Assembly: GCF_006345805.1 (NCBI RefSeq)
Contig: NC_043018.1
Location: 24,676,001 to 24,740,000 of the forward strand
Direction: 5' to 3'
DNA length: 64,000 nt
Source: Octopus sinensis
Lineage: Eukaryota
Shown piece after piece: positions 13,117 to 26,445 of the stretch (position 1 is the stretch's first letter; every line of letters begins with the position of its first letter). The notes under the pieces are model-generated. The model saw nothing but the letters and a program-made list of their open reading frames with translations, was not told the origin of the DNA and ran no database searches. Made by a program: the position numbers and the translations under genes.

Positions 13117-16100
13117 GCACACATATATACACCTACATACATGTGTGAGTGTATCTGTATGCATAGGCCTGTCTGAGTGAGTGACTTCGTCTTTCCCTCG
13201 CATCCACTGGTTTGTAAAGAATGGCTTTCTGACTCTATTGTTTGCGCTAAGAAGTCCATCACCACCACCACCACCACCACCGCTACAGCCACCACATCTC
13301 TGGGCTTCTTGACATGTCCTGACATGTTGCTCAGTCTTTGTTAGGCGAAACGGTGCATTAGTATGACCAAGCATGAAGCTGCTCCTGGCGTATGAATGAG
13401 GTTTGAAACGGTGACCGTGTGTCTGCATAAAATCCCTCTGGTCTGTTTGTTGTTTGATATTCCATGGGGATTGTTGCTTGCACTTGGAAGTAAGTGGTGT
13501 GTGTGTGTGTGTAGGAAGGGGATCAGCCATATGAAGGGCATCTGGTCGTAGAAAACTCTGCTACCGTGTACTCTCACCTACCTCAAGGATGTTGAAACAG
13601 TAGTGGTGGTGGTGGTGGTCAAGAGGAGGAGGAGGTGCAGTGGTGATGATGAAGAGGAGGGGTGTGGAAGTGATGAGGAGGAGGAGGAGATGTGGCAGTG
13701 ATGATGAAGTGGAGGAAGGTGGTTGGTGATGATGAAGAGGAGAGGTGTGGTGGTGGTGATGAGGACGGAAGGATGGAGATGCTGATGATGAGGAGGGGGA
13801 GGAGTGACAGTGGAGAGGAAGGAAAGGATGAGGAAGAGAATGAGGAGGATGGTGATTGTGTGTGCTTTCTGTACATGGGCTTGTTTACTAGTGTTGCGTT
13901 ATGTGTTTCATGAGTCAAAAACTGTACCTTAGCTATTTCTATCCATTTCTAATATGTATTGATTGCTAAAATAATGCCAGTGTGATATTTGATGCAACGA
14001 GGTCATGTGATTGACTAAAACCCTTCAAAGTCGAGCTTAGCAGAGCTGCAGTTCAGTGATTGGAACTGGCCACAGAATCAGTGTATGTGTGTGTTTATAC
14101 CTGTGTTTGTCCATTTGGATTTACAAATATGTAAAAAGTACACAGGTGTGGCATAGGTGCAAGTTTGGCTGTGTGGTAAGAAGCTTGCTTCCCAACCACA
14201 TGGTTCCAGGTTCAGTCCCACTGTGTAGCACCTTGGACAAGTGTCTTCTACTATAGCCTTGAGTCGACCAAAGCCTTGCAATGGATTTGGTAGAGGGAAA
14301 CTGAAAGAAGCCCATCATGTGCATGCGTGCTTGTGTGTGTGTGTGGTGTGTGTAGGAAGGGGATCAGCCATATGAAGGGCATCTGGTCGTAGAAAACTCT
14401 GCTACCGTGTACTCTCACCTACCTCAAGGATGTTGAAACAGTAGTGGTGGTGGTGGTGGTCAAGAGGAGGAGGAGGTGCAGTGGTGATGATGAAGAGGAG
14501 GGGTGTGGAAGTGATGAGGAGGAGGAGGAGATGTGGCAGTGATGATGAAGTGGAGGAAGGTGGTTGGTGATGATGAAGAGGAGGGGTGTGGAAGTGATGA
14601 GGAGGAGGAGGAGATGTGGCAGTGATGATGAAGTGGAGGAAGGTGGTTGGTGATGATGAAGAGGAGGGGTGTGGAAGTGATGAGGAGGAGGAGGAGATGT
14701 GGCAGTGATGATGAAGTGGAGGAAGGTGGTTGGTGATGATGAAGAGGAGGGGTGTGGAAGTGATGAGGAGGAGGAGGAGATGTGGCAGTGATGATGAAGT
14801 GGAGGAAGGTGGTTGGTGATGATGAAGAGGAGAGGTGTGGTGGTGGTGATGAGGACGGAAGGATGGAGATGCTGATGATGAGGAGGGGGAGGAGTGACAG
14901 TGGAGAGGAAGGAAAGGATGAGGAAGAGAATGAGGAGGATGGTGATTGTGTGTGCTTTCTGTACATGGGCTTGTTTACTAGTGTTGCGTTATGTGTTTCA
15001 TGAGTCAAAAACTGTACCTTAGCTATTTCTATCCATTTCTAATATGTATTGATTGCTAAAATAATGCCAGTGTGATATTTGATGCAACGAGGTCATGTGA
15101 TTGACTAAAACCCTTCAAAGTCGAGCTTAGCAGAGCTGCAGTTCAGTGATTGGAACTGGCCACAGAATCAGTGTATGTGTGTGTTTATACCTGTGTTTGT
15201 CCATTTGGATTTACAAATATGTAAAAAGTACACAGGTGTGGCATAGGTGCAAGTTTGGCTGTGTGGTAAGAAGCTTGCTTCCCAACCACATGGTTCCAGG
15301 TTCAGTCCCACTGTGTAGCACCTTGGACAAGTGTCTTCTACTATAGCCTTGAGTCGACCAAAGCCTTGCAATGGATTTGGTAGAGGGAAACTGAAAGAAG
15401 CCCATCATGTGCATGCGTGCTTGTGTGTGTGTGTGTATGTATATTTGATTAATGAGGGAGAACATGCTTTACCAAAGTGTATACCATACATATATATAAT
15501 TATGTATATCTGTGTGTGTCTGTATTTGTCCTCCACCACCAGGCTTGGCAACTAGTGTGTTTATGTCCCTGTAACTTAGCAGTTCGGTGAAAGGGACCGA
15601 TGGAATAAGTGCCAGTACTGGGGTCAATACATTTGACTAAAAATTCTTGAATGCAGTGCCCCAGCATGGCCACAGTCTAATGACTGAAACAAGTAAACGA
15701 GAATATAATACATTTAGTAGAGTATATTCATTTAGTTAAAGCAGAGCTTTCATTCTGTCCCATTTTATTCAGTTCCCCTTTCTAGCTCGTTCTTCAAAGT
15801 AACTGCAAGAAGTCCCTTGAAAGAACGTGATTGAAATAGGGAACTTGGAGTAGGGATTGAGTGAACTCTCAGCATTATATACCGTCATCATTATCAGCCA
15901 TCATCATCACCATCATCACTGTTGTACTGTCCACTTTTCCATTTTTCCTCATGTGTCACACAATGGCCCAGTGGTTAGGGCAGCGGACTCGCAGTCATAG
16001 GATCGCGGCTTCGATTCCCAGACCGGGCGTTGTGAGTGTTTATTGAGCGAAAACACCTAAAAAGCTTCACGAGGCTCCGGCAGGGGATGGTGGTGATCCC

Positions 16101-17917
16101 TGCTGTACTCTTTCACCACAACTTTCTCTCACTCTTACTTCCTGTTTTTGTTGTACCTGTATTTCAAGGGGCCGGCCTTGTCACTCTCTGTGTCATGCTG
16201 AATATCCCCGAGAACTACGTTAAGGGTGCACGTGTCTGTGGAGTGCTCAGCCACTTACACGTTAATTTCATGAGCAGGCTGTTCCGTTGATTCGGATCAG
16301 CCGGAACCCTCATCGTCGTAACCGACGGAGTGCTTCCATCCATTGAGGCAAATATTTTGTCTCGATTCCTTTCTTGTCGTCAACTTTCACCTGTTTCCCA
16401 AGCAAGGTAACATTCCCCCCTCCCCTGACCAGACATGTTTTCATGGAAGATTGGAAGTGAATGACACCCCCCCCTCACATGTATATGACTGTGACGTTAG
16501 TTTTGCAGTGATGTAGACAGGGAAACACAAACATGCATAAAAACACCAATGCACATGAACTTTTTTGCATGCGGAGATTCTGAGTGACAATGTAACCTTC
16601 ATTTCATTAAAGGTAATCTTTAGCCTGATGATTACCTATGTTTAGCATTGCTCATTGCATAACTATTACATCATGAAGTTCAGCTAGCTAAGAAACATGT
16701 AGCGTGCATTTTACCTGTTCAGCTTCCTCATCTGGATATATATATATATTATATATATATATCATCATCATTTAACATCCGCTTTCTGTGCTAGCACGGG
16801 TTATATCTCTCTCTCTATATAAACGGCAGTTTGTCTGTCAGGTTGTACCCTCACCCTGACCACGGCTTTCAACCGATTCTGATGAAACTTGACACACACA
16901 TAGCCCAATGTCATAATTCAAAACTAACGCAGCGAAAATTTTGAAAAGTTCCCCCAGTTCTGAAAAAATCGATAAATTCGACATGGGGTCGAGAATCTAA
17001 GCTTTTTATATGCAACACATTTTCTGGACTGTACGTGGGCTGTTCACGCGTTGGGAGGCGCAATGATGTTTTCATGTTTTCGCCCAAAGGGACAGCTAGG
17101 AACATCGTATACACAGAAGTATTTGAGTGAAGAGAAGACATTGCAACCTACACATGCGCCTTCGTTCCCTAGAGGGAAAGGACTAGATTGGGATTAGTCG
17201 TTGCCTACTAGGGGCTCTTACATACCCGGGCTATGCTGCTAGTATATAATATTGTGTGTGTTTAAGAAACATATGTAGTGTGAATGTTACCTGTTCAGCT
17301 CCCGCAATTTGGAGACATATATTATATGTATGTGTGTGTGTATTTAAAAACATGTAGTGTGCATTTTACCTGTTCAACTCCCTCAATTTGGAAATATATA
17401 TATATTGCGTTTGTGTGTATTTACATAAAAACGAATTTTTATGAATGTAGAGTACCCAACATATGGTGTGAAATATATATTTTGATACAATCAGAGGATA
17501 GATTAATGCATTGTTACTAATAGTTTCATGTCTAAGTAACTAAACAACACAGACTTTGGATGATATATGACTCACCTTTCACAAAAGATTATCTTTACAA
17601 ATATATAGAAGTGTATACATGATTTCTGGTGTCTTAACTATGAAGTGTTACAAGGTCTTTCGTTTGTTTGAATTAGTGGAAGATTGCTGGTTTTTTTATT
17701 ATCTGAAGATTGCATTGCTTATCAACTCTGGTATGAAACTATTAGTAACAAAGTATTACTATATTTATTTACTATGACAAGATCTTTCTTGCTATCTCCT
17801 TCTCTCTACTTGTGTGTGTGTATGTATGTATGTGTGTGTGTGAATATATGTGTGTGTGTGTGTGTGTGGTGTGTGTGTATATATATATATATATATGTGT
17901 GTATATATGTATGTATG

Positions 17918-17959
<42 letters not shown>

Positions 17960-20900
17960 TATGTATGTATGTATGTATGTATGTATGTATTAATTATAAA
18001 TAAGTAACAAAGATGTACATGTGTCAATTCATTACGGAATATTAGGTACAAACACTTCTACATGGATTCTTGATATTCAACATTCAAATAATATTGTTGA
18101 AGTGTGCAGACTATACTGAACTAGCAAGGTGCCTCAATTTAAGTACCTAATTCAACTGAATCTTGCCAGTGCTGCCTGACTGGCTCCCCATGCCAGTGAC
18201 ATGTAAAAAGCACCATCTGAACATGGTCGTTGCCGCCCCCTGCCTCAACTGGCTCCTGTGCTGTGGTGCATAAAAAGCACCATCCGAATGTGGCCAATGC
18301 CAGTGCCACCTGACTGGCTTCTGTACCAGTGGCACTTAAAAAGCACCCACTACACTCTCAGAGTGGTTAGCGTTAGGAAGAGCATCCAGCTGTAGAAACG
18401 TTGCCAGATCAGATTGGAGCCTGGTGCAGCCTCCTGGCTTGCCAGTCCCCGGTCAAACCGTCCAACCCATACCAGCATGGAAAACAGGTGTTAAACGATG
18501 ATGTTATGTATACACACACACACACACACACATACATGCATATACATTCACACAAAAAGGCTACTGGAAAGTTCCTCGCTTTGCGTAAAACAAAATTCAG
18601 GAGAATCAGTTAATTATGATTTTATTCAACATATTCATTCCCCTCTTGGATTCACACACTTACTGCAGTAGTCCTTCAGTTTTTCTGGGACCTATAAAAG
18701 AACTTGGAAGGTTGGACCTCCAACCAGGCCTTTCGCTACACCCTTAAAGCCAGGACCTTTTCAGCACCCCACCTCTTATATGTATAGGGAAGTCCTTAAG
18801 CAAGAACTGATCACTCAATGCTCATGCTCCATCTGGCAAAAATGAATGCTAGGGTACTTTGAAGTTTTGCATATTCGACAAATGTATGATCACACACACG
18901 CACACACACACACACACACATGCACACACACACATACACACACCTCACCACACACAGATGTGTGTGTGTCTAGAAGCAGGTGAATGTGTAAACGTCATGA
19001 TGACCTTATAAATTAAGCATTTGAAGATGGTTTCTTTATTTACTACTACCACCACCATAACCACCTCTGTTCTCATGACCATGACCACCACCACTGACAT
19101 CTAAGATTCCTTTACTTTCAGGTTGTCCAGGAATACGAGAGGGCTGTAATCTTTCGACTTGGAAGACTATTGTCTGGAGGAGCAAAGGGACCAGGTATGT
19201 ACTTTCACATCTCTTTGTCCAATTTTCCTGCTTCCTTACACTCACTGAATTGCTTCAATCTCTCCGTCTGTCACTGTCCATTTCGCCACATCTGTCTTTG
19301 TGTTTGTCTGTCCACCTCGTCACCTGTAACCTTTGTATTTCTCCGTCTACTTCTTTGCTTCTGTCAGCTGACCACTAGATTTGGAATTTAAGATTAAACC
19401 ATGCAACTTTATTGTAGACTAATTTTGTTTGTGTTTGATATTTTGGATAATTATAAAACCTATTCTCTTTTGATTGGTCGGACTATAACAAACACAACAA
19501 AAACAGTAAAAAGAATATAGAGGGACCAGTGTTTCTTTATATGGAACACTGGTTCCATATGGTGTTCCATAGGTTTTGGAGTCACAATATTGTATAAGGA
19601 ACCATATATTTTATGATATTCCTTATTAGGCACTGGCTTGGCTGTGTGGTAAGAGGCTTGCTTCCTAACCACGTGGTTCTAGGTTCAGTCCCACTGCATG
19701 ACACCTTGGTGAGCTGGCTGAATAGTTAGCACGCCGGGCAAAATGCTTAGCAGTATTTTGTCTGCCGCTACGTTCTGAGTTCAAATTACGCCAAGGTTGA
19801 CTTTGCCTTTCATCCTTTCGGGGTCAATTAAATAAGTACCAGTTACACACTGGGGTCGATATAATCGGCTTAATCTGTTTGTCTGTCCTTGTTTGTCCTC
19901 TCTGTGTTTAGCCCCTTGTGGGTAGTAAGGAAATACACCTTGGGTAGTGTCTTTTACTATAGCCTCAGACTGACCAAATACTTGTAAGTGGATTTGGTAG
20001 ATGGAAACTAAAAGAAGCGCAATGTATGTGTGTGTGTCAGTGTTTATATCCCTGTAACTTAGCGGTTCAGCAAAAGAGACTGAGAGAATAAGTACCAGGC
20101 TTAACAAAAAAGGACAAACTAAGTAGTGGGGTTGATTCATTCTTCCAAAATTTCTTCAAGGTGGTGCTCCAGCATGGCCACACTCCAATGACTGAAACTA
20201 GTAAAAGATAAAAGCTATAATGTTCCTGACAACCTGGAACCCTGTGCTTCCCAACCATCTGGTGTAGCACCTTGGACAAGTATCTTTACTATAGCTTCGG
20301 GCCAATCAAATCCTTATGAGTGGATTGCATGTCTTTGTGTCTATGTTTGCCCTCCACCACTGCTTGACAGCCAGTGTTGGTATGTTTACATTCCTGTGAA
20401 GATTTATTTCAATTTTAATAAACAGTATATTACTCTACCTTTGGTATTTGAGTACTAATTTACCCACCTTGTTTCACATTTTTGTGCTTACTTATGTGTG
20501 CGCACACACACACACACACATAGGTGTGTGTGTGTATCTCTCTCTATATAAACGGCAGTTTGTCTGTGCATGTTTCTGTGTGTCTGTTTGCTTGTACCCT
20601 CACCCTGACCATGCCTTTCAACCGATTCTGATGAAACTTGACACACACATAGCCCAATGTCATAATTCAAAACTAACGCAGCGAAAATTTTGAAAAGTTC
20701 CCCCAGTTCTGAAAAAAATCGATAAATTCGACATGGGGTCGAGAATCAGGAACACAAACCACAAACTGTGTAGGGGACGCAACTCCACCTTTTTTAACTA
20801 CCAAAAAAAAATTTACCATAATTTTTTCCATTTTTTTGCTGTTTTTTGGCTATAACTCTCTAAAAATGCTTTATAGTTATTTCCCTTACAAACCGATGAG

Positions 20901-21030
20901 CAACGCCGGGCGATACTGCTAGTATATATATATATATATAAAATAAATAATATATATATATATATATTATATATTATATACAATACATATATAAACCGTG
21001 CATCTATTATATATATATATATAATATAAT

Positions 21031-21072
<42 letters not shown>

Positions 21073-22691
21073 CATATATAAACACGTGCATCTATATATA
21101 TATATATATATATTATATACACACACACACCACACACACACCACATATACATAAACAGACATACATATATACACACACGCACATATATATATATGTTTTT
21201 GTTTGTTACAGGGTTGTTTTGCATCATACCATGTATTGATTCCTATAGCAAAGTTGATATGAGGACTGTCTCTTTTGATGTGCCGCCCCAGGAGGTATGT
21301 AACTCTGGCTTCCTTTGATCCTCATTACCCTTTCTCATCTTTAAATCAATGCCTGCGCCATAGATATTTCTACTGGAACCTAATTTGTAAATAACAGTTT
21401 GCTTGGAAATCTGACTAAAATTGTACTCTGCAAAGAGAGAAGGGGTTATTTAGCTTAAGGTCAGACCTAATTGGGCAGTTCTTTAATCAGAGACATCAGT
21501 GAAAGCCTGTGGCTCAGGGGTTTGGGCATTTTGTTCACAATCATAAGATTAGGAGTTCCCAGCTGTGCATTGAGTTCTTGAGCAAGACATTCTATTTCAT
21601 GTTGCTCCAGTCCACTCAGCTCGCAAAACTGAGTCGTACCAGTAATTCAAAGGGTGCTGGCCTTGTCACATTCTATGTCACGCTGAACCTCCCTGAGACT
21701 ATGTTATGGGTACATGTGTCTGTGGAGCGCTCAGCCACTTGCATATTAATTTCACGAGCAGGCTGTTCTGTTGACTGGATCAATTTGGACACATAAAGGT
21801 CTTGACAGAGATGTATTTATTTAGGAATATCTATGCTCCCAGTCCATGGTACATTTTGGAGGACTGTAACCTCCTACATAGTACAGAGTTTCCAGTTAGA
21901 TGTACTCCTTCTATGGTACTTCTTTACAGCTAAGCTTACTATATCTATCTGTTGTACCTGTTTGCATCTATAAGTACTGTACCACCATACACAGTACCTA
22001 ATTACACTTATGACTTCTGTACTTCTCTATGGCACCTAGTGTTGTATAGTACTGTACTTCTCTGAGGTACCTAGTTATAACTAGGAGTATTGTAGCTTTG
22101 GTACTTAGTTACTATACTTATTTCTCTGGTACCTAGTTACAACCAGAAGTACTGTTCTTTGTGATACCTAGTTGCAAGGAGTACCATACTGACTCTCTCT
22201 GGTACCTAGTTACACCTCTGTACCTCCCATATGGTACCTAGTTGCAGCTAGGAGTACTGTACATCTTCAGAGTACCTATTTATTGTGAGCGTTGTGCCTT
22301 CCACATGAAACCCATTTATATCAGCCAAGGGTTTTTATATTTCTCATCATCATCATCACCAATTAACATCTAAACAAGAGCCCTGTAAACCCTAACAGCC
22401 CCTAATCTCTTTGTTTTTATTTATTTCTTCCCTTTTTCTTTCAGGTACTCACCAAAGACTCAGTGACTGTAGCAGTGGATGCAGTTGTGTACTTCAGAGT
22501 CCAGAATGCCACGATGTCCATTGCCAATGTAGAGGATGCGAATCGGTCAACTCGGCTCCTGGCACAGACCACTTTGAGAAATACTCTTGGAACAAAGAAC
22601 CTCAGTGAGATTTTGTCCGACAGAGAAACGATCAGTCATTTGATGCAGGTCATTTCAACGAACCTTCCTAATTTCTCTCTCTCTCTCTCTC

Positions 22692-22760
<69 letters not shown>

Positions 22761-24719
22761 ATCTATCTATCTATTTGTCTGTCTCTTCCTTCCTCACTCT
22801 CTCTCTTTATGTCTATCTATTTGCTTCTCATTGTCTCTCTTTTTGTCAATGTCTCTCTCTGTTTGTTTTTGTCTCTCTGTCTCTTTTTATCCCACTTTGT
22901 CTCTCTCTCTTTCTCTCCATGCCTATTTCTATTAATCTGTCTCTTCCTTCCTTTCTCTCTCTCTCTCCCTATTTCTATTAATCAGTCTTTTCTTTCACCA
23001 CCTCTCTCTCTCTCTCTGGTTGTACTAAGGTCTCTCTCTCTTTGTGTGTAAAGTCCCTCTCTCTCACTTTTTTTGTATAAGGTCTCTCTCTCTCACACAC
23101 ACTGCATCTCTATTTTTGTACACCTGTCTGTCTGTCCTTCCTAGAAAACCTGCATACATCTGACTTTACATTAAATTTCTACTTTAGATGTTTACATGTA
23201 TATATGTATCCTCTACACTCACACATACACATATACATACACCTCTAAATGATGCTAATTATCTTTGTTCTGTTATCGTTACTCAGAGTTCCCTTGATGA
23301 AGCCACAGATCCATGGGGAGTACGAGTTGAAAGGGTTGAGGTGTAAGTAGACATTGCGAACTTTTTTGTTTGTGTTTACACATTGTTTACACATTGTTTA
23401 TACAGTGTTTGTGTTTACACATTGTTTATACAGTGTTTGTTTGTGTTTATACAGTTTTTGTTTGTGTTTACACATTGTTTATACAGAGCTGGGGTTTTTT
23501 TATGCAATACTGGTTTGTGTTTAATATGGCGAGTTGGCAGAAATGTTAGCATGCCGGGCGAAATGCTTAGCGGTATTTCTTCTGCTGTTATGTTCTGAGT
23601 TCAAATTCCGCCGAGGTCGACTTTGCCTTTCATCCTTTCGGGGTCGATTTAATAGAGTACCAGTTACGCACAGGGGTCGATATAATCGACTTAATCTGTT
23701 TGTCTGTCCTTGTTTGTCCCCTCTGTGTGTAGCCCCTGGTGGGCGGTAAAGAAATAAGAAAAATAGCCCCTTGTGGGCAGTAAAGAAATGTTAGCATGCC
23801 GAGCAAAATGCTTAGCGGTATTTCATCTGTCTTTACGTTCTGAGTTCAAATTCCGCTGAGGTCGACCTTTGCCTTTCATCCTTTTTGGGGATCTATAAAT
23901 TAAGTACCAGTTGTGTACTGGGGTTGATCTAATCGACTGGCTCCGCTTCCCAAGAAGTTCAGGCCTTGTGCCTAGAGTAGAAAAGAATATTGGTTTGTGT
24001 TTGCACATTTGCACATTGTTATTTACACGTTGTGTTGTTTACTCTGTTTACATATGAGTATGTAAAGTATGAAGTTTCTCGGAATGGTTATGTTTAATAA
24101 AGAATAGTTCTAACATCATCTACTTTGAAATAGTCCCCTTGTGCGAGCAATACCCTGTACCCAGCGTTCCTGCCACTTTTGGCATCCAACCTGAAAGTCG
24201 TTTTCTATAAGTGAGTTGAGGACCTCGAGTGATTCAAAAACTTGAAATGGTAACCTTTGACCTGCATTTGCATCTCAGGGAAGAGATGGACGTCCACAGG
24301 CATCCACACTGCCTCATGAAGGTCACAGCTAGCTCTCACTGCACATGCAACCATGTGCTGCCATCTGTTGGCATGCTACAGAGTTAGTCCAGAAACTTTT
24401 TTAGACTACCTTGTATCAAGTTTACACACTAGCAGCTTTACACATTAGTGTGTTCTATTTACGTGTAAACTTGATACATGTACACATCTGTATGTTGTGT
24501 TCACACTCTTCCCCTCAAATATATAGCTTTATACCTGCGTATGTTATATTATGTTGTTGTTATTTATGTTGTTTGTTGGAATAACAAACTCTAAATTGTT
24601 GTTTGTCCTACAGTAAAGACGTCCGCTTACCTGTACAGCTACAAAGAGCTATGGCAGCTGAAGCTGAGGCCACTCGTGAGGCAAGAGCGAAGGTAAGTGT
24701 CATCATCATTACTTACTCA

Positions 24720-24764
<45 letters not shown>

Positions 24765-26406
24765 CATAGAAGACGGATGTTAAACAACAACGAGGATGGA
24801 TTGGAATTGAGTTAGCACATAAAAAGCACCATCAGAACATGCCGATGCCAGTGCCACCTGACTTGCTCCTGTGCCAGTGGCGCGTAAAAAGCACCCACTA
24901 CACTCTCGGAGTGGTTGGCGTTAGGAAGGGCATCCATCTGTAGAAACGTTGTCAGATCAAATTGGAGCCTGGTGCGGCCTCCTGGCTTGTCAGTCTCCAG
25001 TCAAACTGTCCAACCCATGCCAGCATGGAAAATGGATGTTAAACGATGATGATGTGTTATGATAGGATATTTATTTAAGATATATATCACCCAGTGTACT
25101 GATATTTAGGTATAGGCGTGGCTGTGTGGTTTGAAGCTTGCTTCCCACCCACATGGCTTCCGGGTTCAGTCCCACTGCATGGCACCTTGGGTAAGTGTCT
25201 TCTACTATTGCCATGGGCCAACCAAAGCCTTGTGAGTGGATTTGGTAGATGGAAACTGAAAGAGGCCCTTCATATATACATATATGTGTGTGTGTATGTA
25301 TATATTTGTGTGCCAGTGTTTATCCCCCCACCACCACCACCATCACATGACAACCGATGTTGGTGTGTTTACACCCCTGTAACATAGCAGTTTGATAAAG
25401 GACACTGATGTGACAATTATTCGGTTGCAATATCTTCAGTCATCAAGGCAATGCCTGTGCAGGTTTCTGCCCCGACATCTGAAACTCAGAGTTTTATTAT
25501 GGTAAGCGAATGATTGTCACATATTAAATTACAAATAAATTCCTCTATTGACACAATATCGAGGTCGCCTTCATACTTTTGTTGTCTTACCATTACTTTT
25601 AATAATTGTGTGGCACTTTGGGTAGGTGTCTTCCACTATAGCCCCGAGCCGACCGGAGCTTTGTGATTGAATTCGGTAGGTGGAAGTTACTGCCATGTGT
25701 GTATATGTGCGTATAGGTACTTGTGCCTCTCCGAAAGAGAGAGAGGGATTAATGTCTATATTTTATGGTTTTTGTAGATATAAAAATAAATAATTAATAT
25801 ACCATTTTGCCATTGTTAACTTGTGTGTATGTCTGTGTTTGTCACCCTAACATCGCTTGACATCCGATACTGGTATGTTTACGTCTCCATAACTTAGCAG
25901 TTCAGCAAAAAGTGACCAATAGAATAAGTATTAGGCTTACAAAGAATAAGTCCTGGGGTCAATTTGCTCGACTAAAAGGTGGTGCTCTACTTTTTAGTCT
26001 GAAACAAGTGAAAGAATAAAAGAATATATATATATATACATAGCTGTCATCATCATCATCGTTTAACGTCCGTTCTCCATGCTAGCATGGGTTGGACAGT
26101 TCGACCGGGGATCTGGGAAGCCAGAAGGCTGCATCAGGCTCCGGTCTTATCTGGCAATGTTTCTACAGCTGGATGCCCTTCCTAACACCAACCACTCCGT
26201 GAGTGTAGTGGGTGCTTTTTACGTGCCACCTGCACTGGTGCCAGGCGAGGCTGGCATCGGCCACGGTCGGATTGGTGCATTTTACATGCCACCGGCACGG
26301 AAGCCAGTCGAGGCGGCACTGGCTTCTGCCACGATTCGGATGGTGCTTTTTACGTGCCACCGACACGGAAGCTAGTGTGTATGTATTATCCTGGATCAGT
26401 CTATTA

Positions 26407-26445
<39 letters not shown>

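Noticed and set aside
14465-14830. CRISPR-like array
   Set aside because: Direct 83-bp tandem units with no unique spacers, in eukaryotic DNA without cas genes
13619-15008. Ser/Pro/His-rich ORFs of 99 and 182 aa and the acidic ORFs opposite them
   Set aside because: Translations of the GA-rich 83-bp VNTR inside the duplication; no splice support
15955-16030. tRNA gene
   Set aside because: The tRNA-like A/B boxes run into a SINE body shared by many copies; no clean cloverleaf or Pol III terminator. The same applies to the other SINE heads.
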